A program made the translations under genes and the position numbers. A DNA stretch of 15,971 bases from Rhodothermales bacterium (GTDB lineage: Bacteria > Bacteroidota > Rhodothermia > Rhodothermales > UBA10348): NCBI GenBank assembly GCA_024711125.1, contig JANJTM010000024.1, positions 1-15,971 of the forward strand, read 5' to 3'. The notes beneath the pieces were generated by a model. It was not told the DNA's origin and made no database searches. It saw only the letters and a list, made by a program, of their open reading frames with translations. Numbering within the stretch: the stretch's first letter is position 1; every line of letters starts with the position of its first letter. Below are positions 7,794 through 14,455 of this stretch, one piece after another.

Positions 7794-8303
7794 ATGACTC
7801 CGTCATTTCTCGCCGCACTCACCCGGAGGTTCTCCTCCGATGACCTCGCGTGGAAGCCCGTCGCCGTCAACCGCGAGCAGGGCCGGGCGCGGGTCGTGCC
7901 GTACGTCACGAACCGCGCGATCATGGATCGACTGGACCAGGTATGCGGTCCGGAAAACTGGCGCAACGAGTATTGCCCGGGCCCGAACGGCGGCCTGCTC
8001 TGCGGCATCTCGATACGCCTCGTACGCGAGGATCATACCGCGGAGTGGGTTACCAAGTGGGACGGCGCCGAGAATACCCAGCTCGAGCCGGTCAAGGGCG
8101 GTCTCTCGGCCTCCATGCGCCGGGCCGCCGTGCAGTGGGGCATCGGTCGGTACCTCTATCGCATCCCGCCGATCGAGGCCCGGGTAGACGAACAGGGCCG
8201 ACTCGTGGGACGTCCGGAGCTTCCTCCGGAGTTCCGGCCCGAGCCGGTCGAACCGCGCCGTCTCCGCCCCGCGGCCGCCAGGGCCCGCGAGATGGCCGCA
8301 TAA
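7794..8303 (+). CDS. ddrA: Rad52/Rad22-family single-strand annealing protein (DdrA-like)
   Basis: LAWKPVAVNREQGRARVVPYVTNRAIMDRLDQVCGPENWRNEY ... GGLSASMRRAAVQWGIGRYLYRIPP carries the two hallmark blocks of bacterial and phage Rad52-family proteins. The first block matches the pattern W/SWKP...V.PYV..R.I.DRLD.V.GP..W. The second matches A.KRAAVQ(F/W)GIGRYLY, as in Deinococcus DdrA and phage Sak. ATG at 7794 verified. Confidence 0.75.
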   Translation: MTPSFLAALTRRFSSDDLAWKPVAVNREQGRARVVPYVTNRAIMDRLDQVCGPENWRNEYCPGPNGGLLCGISIRLVREDHTAEWVTKWDGAENTQLEPVKGGLSASMRRAAVQWGIGRYLYRIPPIEARVDEQGRLVGRPELPPEFRPEPVEPRRLRPAAARAREMAA

Positions 8304-8360
8304 GGTGGTGGGCGGTCCACCGGTGCGTAGCTTCAGGTCCTGAACGAGCGTACGATCGTG

Positions 8361-9491
8361 ATGGCCGAGGGGCATCTCAACCGGACCGAGGTCCTTCGAT
8401 ACGGAAGACATCTTCTGCTGCCCGAGATCGGACTCGAGGGCCAGGAGCGACTCCGAAACGCGTCGGTCCTCGTGGTCGGCGCCGGCGGACTCGGCTCTCC
8501 GGCGGCCCTCTACTGCGCTGCCGCAGGATTCGGCCGGCTGGGCATCGCCGACGCCGATACCGTGGACCCGTCCAATCTCCAGCGCCAGATCCTGTATTCG
8601 GAGCCCGACATAGGGGCCTCCAAGGTGGAGCGAGCCGTACTCAGGCTGCGGGAATTCAACCGCGGAGTGCGCGTGGAACCGATCCAGGTCCGGGTCGATG
8701 CTTCCAACGCCCTGGCCATCGTCGCGGAGTACGACCTGGTCATCGACGCGACCGACAACTTCGAAACGAGGTACCTGCTCGCCGACGTCTCCGCCCTCAC
8801 GGGACGCCCGGTGGTACACGGCGCCGTGCACGGATTCGAAGGGCAGGTATCGGTATTCGGCCTGCCCGGAAGGCCGTGCTACCGTTGCCTCCATCCCGTG
8901 CCGCCTCCTCCGGGCCTGGCCCCCGGGTGCGGGGAGGCCGGCGTGCTCGGGGCGGCGACCGGCGTGATCGGCTCGTTGCAGGCCGTGGAAGCCGTGAAGC
9001 TCGCCGCGGGAGCGGGCGAGCCGCTGGCCGGGCGCCTGCTCCACATCGACCTGCGGCTCGGCCGCTTCGAGACCATCGAGTTCGACGCGGACCCGTCCTG
9101 CCCGGCCTGCGGGAGGTCCGCAACGCCGGAAATCCGGCACGACTACACCGAGTTCTGCGGAGCCGCCGACCCGGTCGTGCGCACCGTGACCGCGATCGAA
9201 CTCGCACGACGCCTCGTCGACCCGGAATCCGTGCAGTTGATCGACGTGCGCCGACCGCACGAAGCGCACATCGTTTCGATCGGTGGCATCGTCATCCCCG
9301 AATTCGAGCTTCCGGCGCGGATGTCTGAGTTGGACCCGGCTCGCCCGGTCGTGTGCTACTGCCGATCCGGGATACGCTCGGCGCGAGCGGCGGCGCTCCT
9401 GGAGGCCGCGGGCTTTTCAGATGTCGCCCACCTGGCAGGGGGGCTGTTCTCGTGGGCAGCCACGGTCGACCCCGATATTCCGCTCTACTGA
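8361..9491 (+). CDS. moeZ: MoeZ/MoeB-type adenylyltransferase-sulfurtransferase (ThiF/MoeB E1-like domain plus C-terminal rhodanese)
   Basis: YGRHLLLPEIGLEGQERLRNASVLVVGAGGLGSPAALYCAAAGFGRLGIADAD..SNLQRQ is the nucleotide-binding E1 fold. CYRC...CPAC is the zinc motif. The C-terminal rhodanese domain carries the active-site loop CYCRSGIRS. The track start at 8358 is GTG and is immediately followed by the ATG at 8361. It begins 57 bp after the ddrA-like stop on the same strand. Confidence 0.9.
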   Translation: MAEGHLNRTEVLRYGRHLLLPEIGLEGQERLRNASVLVVGAGGLGSPAALYCAAAGFGRLGIADADTVDPSNLQRQILYSEPDIGASKVERAVLRLREFNRGVRVEPIQVRVDASNALAIVAEYDLVIDATDNFETRYLLADVSALTGRPVVHGAVHGFEGQVSVFGLPGRPCYRCLHPVPPPPGLAPGCGEAGVLGAATGVIGSLQAVEAVKLAAGAGEPLAGRLLHIDLRLGRFETIEFDADPSCPACGRSATPEIRHDYTEFCGAADPVVRTVTAIELARRLVDPESVQLIDVRRPHEAHIVSIGGIVIPEFELPARMSELDPARPVVCYCRSGIRSARAAALLEAAGFSDVAHLAGGLFSWAATVDPDIPLY

Positions 9492-9506
9492 CCCGCGACC
9501 GCGATC

Positions 9507-10055
9507 TCAGTCCCCGTCGGGTCCGTCTGCGCGCAACGCACGACCCAGCCCGATCGGAAGCGTGGCGCCTTCGAGTACGGCACCGGTGAGGTCGGCACCG
9601 GTCAGATCGGCACCCGCGAGATTCGCCGAAACGAGGATTGCGCGCCGGAGCACGGCCCCCTCCAGCCGGCAGCGACGAAGGTCGGCGTCGTGAAGGATCG
9701 CTTCCGTGAGTCGGGCGCCCGAGAGGTCGGCTTCGCCGAGGTCCGCCTGGTTGAGCACGGCGAAACTGAGGTCGGCTCCGCGGAGGCATGCGGCCCGGAG
9801 GACCGCGCCGGTAGCGTCTGCACCGGTCAGGTTCGCCCCGGACAGGTCGGAGCCCGAGAAGTCGCAACCCTCCAATTCGGCCACGGTGAGGTAGGCCCCG
9901 GCCAGATCCGACCGCGACAGATCGCATCCCCGCAGATCTGCCCCCGTGAGGTCGGCCCCGGTGAGATCCGGCCGAACGTCCGGAAATGCCCTCCGCCACG
10001 CGTTGAACGATTCCGCGCCGCCCAGCAGGCGATCCACGAGATCACGGTCGGCCAT
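9507..10055 (-). CDS. Pentapeptide-repeat protein
   Basis: About 25 tandem A(D/N)LxG pentapeptides (ADLTGADLTGADLRGCDLSRSDLAGAYL...ANLAGADLTGADLTGAVLEGATL). The preferred start is the ATG at 10053-10055 (MADRDLVDRLL), which has GAGGA 5 nt upstream. In-frame ATGs at 10091 and 10100 are alternatives. It converges on moeZ with a 15-bp gap. Confidence 0.8.
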   Translation of the reverse strand: MADRDLVDRLLGGAESFNAWRRAFPDVRPDLTGADLTGADLRGCDLSRSDLAGAYLTVAELEGCDFSGSDLSGANLTGADATGAVLRAACLRGADLSFAVLNQADLGEADLSGARLTEAILHDADLRRCRLEGAVLRRAILVSANLAGADLTGADLTGAVLEGATLPIGLGRALRADGPDGD

Positions 10056-10118
10056 CGAATCCTCGAATTCCCTCGGGCGGGCAAGTGACATCAGCGGCAT
10101 GATACGCGTAGCTTCGGC

Positions 10119-10346
10119 GTGCAAACGAATCCGTCGGTCCCCCTCGTGAACATCTGGCTCGACCGCCTGCCGGTCCTGTTCGCCCGGCTCGCGAAAATCG
10201 CCGTGGCCTGTTTCGGCATCGCGGCCGTGGGAATGGCGCTCGGATGGTCCTGGCACGAAGCCGCCCGGTGGGTGCTCTGGATCGGAGGAATAGGGGCCGC
10301 AGCCGCGACCGCTGGATGGGTAATCGGCACCCTGAAAACCGATTAA
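10119..10346 (+). CDS. Possible small membrane protein of 75 aa with two predicted transmembrane helices
   Basis: GTG start with no clear RBS. Third-position GC is about 78%. There are two hydrophobic helices (LPVLFARLAKIAVACFGIAAVGMALGW and WVLWIGGIGAAAATAGWVIGTL). No homology is recognised, so it could be spurious. Confidence 0.35.
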   Translation: MQTNPSVPLVNIWLDRLPVLFARLAKIAVACFGIAAVGMALGWSWHEAARWVLWIGGIGAAAATAGWVIGTLKTD

Positions 10347-10518
10347 AGCGATTTCGGCCGTCGCGAAAAAGAAGAAGCGGTTCGGGACCCGAAGGGCCTC
10401 GTTTCGGAGGGCGGCTCGGTATTCGCGCGTGTCCGAGGTGGGCCACGAAACTCCGCAGGCCGGAGACCGCGCCTCCGTTCGCTCTTCTAAGGGAACGAAA
10501 GGGTGCGGACCTGGGATT

Positions 10519-10665
10519 TCGGCCCAAAGTCGATGTATTCGACCCCAAAAGCGGGTGAATATGTCGACTAATGGCCCTTTTTCGACGTTTTGCCCCCGAA
10601 AAGCGGGCCAATACATCGACTTTCGGCCTCGATTCGATGTATTGGTCCCCGATATGCGGAAGGGA
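10519..10665. repeat. Three degenerate tandem units of about 50 bp. Each has a GTCGATGTATT-like arm around a CCCC(G)AAAAGCGGG loop
   Basis: The motif agtcgatgtatt occurs at 10529-10540. Its exact reverse complement aatacatcgact occurs at 10612-10623, and tcgatgtatt recurs directly at 10634-10643. Related arms are gaatatgtcgac (10557-10568) and ttcgacgttttg (10581-10592). The intervening loops are ccccaaaagcggg (10546), cccccgaaaagcgggcc (10594) and ccccgatatgcgg (10648), each able to form CCCG/CGGG mini-hairpins. The region is non-coding: only overlapping Arg-rich ORFs are predicted. Confidence 0.5.
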
Positions 10666-10806
10666 CAAGCCGCCCGCAGCCCTTCGCGGGCCGGCCGGGC
10701 CCGGTCGACGAGCCGTTCGACCCGCCCGGCACCGACGAGAAGGGGCTGTCCAGATCACTCCGGACTGCCCCGTAAGTATGCTCTAACCGGCGTTTCTGCC
10801 TGGAAG

Positions 10807-10904
10807 CACCCCGGCGAAGCCGGTCCCGGTCAACAAAACCAGCCGGTCCCGGTCAAACACCACCGCCCTTCGAACCCACCCCGGCGAAGCCGGTCCCGGT
10901 CAAC
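10807..10904. repeat. Perfect 28-bp direct repeat CACCCCGGCGAAGCCGGTCCCGGTCAAC (10807-10834 and 10877-10904) with a partial third copy at 10841-10858, ending 9 bp from the 3' end of tRNA-Ala
   Basis: Read directly from the sequence. The repeat period is 70 bp. Each copy contains the hairpin CCGGC-gaa-GCCGG followed by the tandem hexamer ccggtc ccggtc. The partial copy is AGCCGGTCCCGGTCAAAC. Confidence 0.7.
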
Positions 10905-10913
10905 CAAATCGAG

Positions 10914-10986
<73 letters not shown>

Positions 10987-11136
10987 GGCGGCCATGTCGC
11001 ACAGTCGGTTACGGCATCACTGAAGTCGTCCGGTCGGAGGCTGTGCAGACAATGTACATGATCCTTGGTCGAGACGCATCAGTTGAACACTGGTTGAAGG
11101 GGCGGAATCCCGATCCTAGTGGGAGCCACGCAGTGC

Positions 11137-12195
11137 CTACTGCAGGCTCGTGAGATCGACATGCGCACGTCGCCTCTCAACCAGACGCGCAGCGATCGAC
11201 ACGGCGATCTCGGCCGGCGTCGTCGCCAGGATGGGCACCCCAACAGGACCGTCTATCCGCTCGATATCGGCCTGAGAGAATCCAGATGACCGCAGCCGAC
11301 TGCGCCTGGCTTCCTGAGTCTTCCGCCCACCGAGTGCCCCGATGTATCGTGCCGGACTCCGAAGCAGCACATGAAGGGCCGGATCGTCGACCTGCGGATC
11401 GTGCGTCAGAAGGACGGCATAGCAGGATTCGGACAGCGGGATCCTGGAGAGAGCGTGTTCTGAGGCGTCTGTGAGAACTGCGGACGGAGCCTCGATGTAA
11501 AGGCTCCCGTCCACGAGCACGCGCCGCGGATCGATAAGCAGCGTCTCGAATTCGAGAGCGTGAGCCAGAGGTATCAGATGGCACGCGATGTCCGAGCCCC
11601 CAACGATGATGAGTCGGTCCCGGGCAGGAAGAGGATGAAGGAGCCATTCGTCGTCCCCCAGGGTGGCCACCACCGGAGTACGGCAAGCGATGGATCGGCG
11701 TGCCGCATCAACTAGACCGGGATCCACTGCCAGAGCAAGAGGCTCCAGCGGCGTCCCTTCGACGTCGAGAAGCACCGGTGGAAATGATCCGGTCATGGGG
11801 CTGGCAAGCACAACCGGTCGGTCCGCTCGCAGCGCCTCGACGAGTGCACGGCCAACCGCCTGAGACTCCGGGTTGGCAGCGAACATGGGAAAGCGCTCGA
11901 TGTGGATCCTTACCGTCCCGCCGCATGAGAGCCCAGTCGACCACGCGGTCTCGGCGCTCACGCCGTAGCTGACTATCTGCGGAAGGCCAGTGGCGAGGGT
12001 ACCCAGCGCCTCGTCCACGACAGCGTGCTCCACGCAACCCCCGGAGACCGATCCGGCCCACTCCTTGGGCGATGCAACCACCATGGCCGCGCCCGGGCGA
12101 CGCGGTGCTGAACCCCAGGTCGATACGACTCGGGCCCATGCCACGGGACGTCCGTCCTCGATGGCGCGTTCAATGAAGGGGAGGACGTCTCGCAT
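11137..12195 (-). CDS. xdhC: XdhC/CoxI-family molybdoenzyme maturation factor
   Basis: The N-terminal XdhC_CoxI block is VAWARVVSTWGSAPRRPGAAMVVASPKEWAGSVSGGCVEHAVVDEA. The C-terminal Rossmann block is DRLIIVGGSDIACHLIPLAHALEFETLLIDPR. ATG verified at 12193-12195. Confidence 0.85.
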   Translation of the reverse strand: MRDVLPFIERAIEDGRPVAWARVVSTWGSAPRRPGAAMVVASPKEWAGSVSGGCVEHAVVDEALGTLATGLPQIVSYGVSAETAWSTGLSCGGTVRIHIERFPMFAANPESQAVGRALVEALRADRPVVLASPMTGSFPPVLLDVEGTPLEPLALAVDPGLVDAARRSIACRTPVVATLGDDEWLLHPLPARDRLIIVGGSDIACHLIPLAHALEFETLLIDPRRVLVDGSLYIEAPSAVLTDASEHALSRIPLSESCYAVLLTHDPQVDDPALHVLLRSPARYIGALGGRKTQEARRSRLRSSGFSQADIERIDGPVGVPILATTPAEIAVSIAARLVERRRAHVDLTSLQ

Positions 12196-12278
12196 CGGCC
12201 TATCCCGCTAGCCGCTGAACGGTAGTCTCACCACGGTCCCCACGCTGTCCAGCCGCCGGCTCGAAAGCACCTGCCGGC

Positions 12279-13898
12279 CTACTGCCGTGGCACCATGAAC
12301 GGAAGCGCCTTCTCGATCACGTCCAGTCTTGCCTTACGCGGATCGGGTCCGGCAATGGGTGTGCCGTCGCGTTGGATTTCAAGAACGTTGTCCTGTCCGC
12401 GCTCATAGGTTGGCCATTCCGGCAACCCGAGTCCGTTTGGGTCGCCGGTCTTGGCGAAGTTCGCCCAGTATGAATGCATCACTCGTGCCACCTCGTGATC
12501 CTCAGGCGTCGCGGCGTCCGAACCCCACCGGGTGTCGAGCGTGTTGAACACGTATGGGATTTCGGATCCGTGCGGGGCCCCATATGGCATACGGTCTCGG
12601 ACCGATGCAGGGACATAGGCAAAGAGATACATGTACGACGGAATGCCTGCGGCCGCCCAGGTCCGTGCGGTGAATCGGGCCGGCTCCGCCCACACCTTGT
12701 CCGTGTTCACCATCGTGAGCATTTCAGCGAGCTCAGTGGCGCCGTCGGCATCGTAGATGGCGGATGCCTCATCTGCGACGCCGCCGAACAACGCCAGCAG
12801 CTCCTCCTTGGAGCCCGCGTTGACGAATCCGCCACCGACCTCCGCACTGTTGGAGCCAATGATAATCGGCTTATGCGGTGCCCGGCCGCCGTTGTATGCG
12901 CTTTCGGCCGTCTCGACGACCAACGTGCCGTCGAGAATCGGACCCGAGTAGATCGGCGCCCCACCTTGGCCGTCATACTCCTCGCCGCCGTCGACGATAT
13001 CCCCAACGGGCAGCCCGCGAAGTCTAGCCAAGGCGGCTGCATCCGTACCATCGATCCCGTGCCTGCGGGCGAAGTTCTGCCCAACCGTTTGCGCCGAAAC
13101 CGGGTAGTATGGGTCGGCATGCTCCCTGTCGATCGGGCGCCCCGTGAGCACCCCGTCGCGGCCTCCTCCAGACTCGATGATCGCCTTCTGAAACAGGTCG
13201 TTCGCAGCCGGAATCGTCAGAAGCGAATGCACCGAGACGCCACCGGCGGAGAAGCCGAAGATGGTGACATTACCTGGGTCGCCACCGAACCTGGCGATGT
13301 TCGTCTGAAGCCACTGGAGCGCGGCGATCTGGTCCATGTAGGCGTAGCTGCCCTTCTGTTCGTCCGGATGCTCACGACTGAGTGCAGGAAACGCGAAGTG
13401 GCCCAGACGGCCGAGGCGGTAGTTGAGCGTCACCAGGATGACGCCTTGTCTGGCGAACTCGATGCCCGCGGTGGTGGGCCCGGCACCGCTGCCGCCGACG
13501 AATGCCCCGCCATGGATCCAGACCATCACTGGCAGACCGGCGTTGGTTGCCGTGCCCTCGGGCACCCAGAGGTTGAGGAACAGGCAATCCTCGGATGAGT
13601 CCTCGGCAATCGTGCCGGACCCTCTCGGCCAGCCTGGTTGGGCACAGTTGGCGGCAAACTCCCTGGCATCGAGCTCGCCCGCCCACGATGAGGCGGGCTG
13701 TGGCGGACGCCATCGAAAGGGTCCCACCGGTGGTGCAGCGTACGGAATCCCTTTGAAGCTGGTGACGCCTTCCTGCGTCGCACCGCGCACGAGACCCGAA
13801 GCCGTGTGCACCGTCTGTCCGCTGACCGTGCCAAACGTCACCATCATGCTCATCGCCACGAGGACGACGCTGCGAACTCCCGGATACGTTCCCTTCAT
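12279..13898 (-). CDS. Type-B carboxylesterase/lipase (PnbA-like), secreted
   Basis: Signal peptide [28 protein letters not shown]. Family hallmarks are [41 protein letters not shown] and the nucleophile elbow [18 protein letters not shown] at 13896-13898 verified. Confidence 0.9.
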   Translation of the reverse strand: MKGTYPGVRSVVLVAMSMMVTFGTVSGQTVHTASGLVRGATQEGVTSFKGIPYAAPPVGPFRWRPPQPASSWAGELDAREFAANCAQPGWPRGSGTIAEDSSEDCLFLNLWVPEGTATNAGLPVMVWIHGGAFVGGSGAGPTTAGIEFARQGVILVTLNYRLGRLGHFAFPALSREHPDEQKGSYAYMDQIAALQWLQTNIARFGGDPGNVTIFGFSAGGVSVHSLLTIPAANDLFQKAIIESGGGRDGVLTGRPIDREHADPYYPVSAQTVGQNFARRHGIDGTDAAALARLRGLPVGDIVDGGEEYDGQGGAPIYSGPILDGTLVVETAESAYNGGRAPHKPIIIGSNSAEVGGGFVNAGSKEELLALFGGVADEASAIYDADGATELAEMLTMVNTDKVWAEPARFTARTWAAAGIPSYMYLFAYVPASVRDRMPYGAPHGSEIPYVFNTLDTRWGSDAATPEDHEVARVMHSYWANFAKTGDPNGLGLPEWPTYERGQDNVLEIQRDGTPIAGPDPRKARLDVIEKALPFMVPRQ

Positions 13899-13946
13899 GG
13901 CAGTTCCACCAACGATTTCGAGTACTTGAGATTCAGATAGAGCGTC

Positions 13947-14429
13947 CTAGTGTTCGATGACATGGGTGTCCCGCACCGAGCTGAAGGTCAGCGCCAGCAG
14001 CTTCCACACAGCCTGGTCGGCGACATAAACCTCCGTGACCGTGAACTCGGTGGTCACCTCCTCGCCCCGGACCATGGCCGTCAGGGTAATGCGGTTCCAC
14101 AGCACCCCCGTGTCGTTCACTACCTCCGCAGCCACGTCGTGGACGTCGGCCTGTCGGTAGTGGATGCTGCCGCTACGGATGATCTCCAGCTCGCTGGCCT
14201 TTCCCCAAGTGCCGCTCATGTGGACGAACTTGGCCTTGTCGTGAAACAGTACGGCGAGCGAATCGACGTTCTTCTCGGCCATCCACATCCATTTCCGAGC
14301 CGACAGGTCACGGATCTGCTGCTCAGCGCCCGCTGCAGACAGGGTCGGCGGGGCCGCGTTCTCGTCCTGCCCCGTGGTACACGCAGCACAAAGGGCCAGA
14401 ACACACAGGACGGTGCTGGTTGCTTTCAT
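13947..14429 (-). CDS. NTF2-like (SnoaL/DUF4440-type) lipoprotein
   Basis: MKATSTVLCVLALCAACTTG is a lipoprotein signal with a lipobox Cys. It is followed by an NTF2-like fold of about 130 aa (WMWMAEKNVDSLAVLFHDKAKFVHMSGTWGK...TEFTVTEVYVADQAVWKLLALTFS). The track start at 14459 is a TTG codon; the ATG at 14427-14429 is preferred. Confidence 0.65.
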   Translation of the reverse strand: MKATSTVLCVLALCAACTTGQDENAAPPTLSAAGAEQQIRDLSARKWMWMAEKNVDSLAVLFHDKAKFVHMSGTWGKASELEIIRSGSIHYRQADVHDVAAEVVNDTGVLWNRITLTAMVRGEEVTTEFTVTEVYVADQAVWKLLALTFSSVRDTHVIEH

Positions 14430-14455
14430 GACGAATGGGGGCCGTGGCCCACGTA

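Noticed and set aside
8304-8325. GGTGG-N8-CCACC hairpin after the ddrA-like stop as a terminator
   Set aside because: No U-tract follows it on either strand, and moeZ starts 57 bp downstream on the same strand. Read-through is more likely.
6417-9328. Long ORFs 6417..7724 (+), 6940..7641 (-), 7803..9269 (-) and 7850..9328 (+)
   Set aside because: These are alternative or antisense frames of amtB, ddrA-like and moeZ, with extreme Arg/Gly/Pro content. The annotated frames carry unambiguous family motifs.
11052-11059. 8-bp perfect palindrome ATGTACAT upstream of the tRNA, and other short palindromes of 8 bp or less
   Set aside because: 8-bp palindromes are expected dozens of times by chance in 16 kb, and they give no positional argument.
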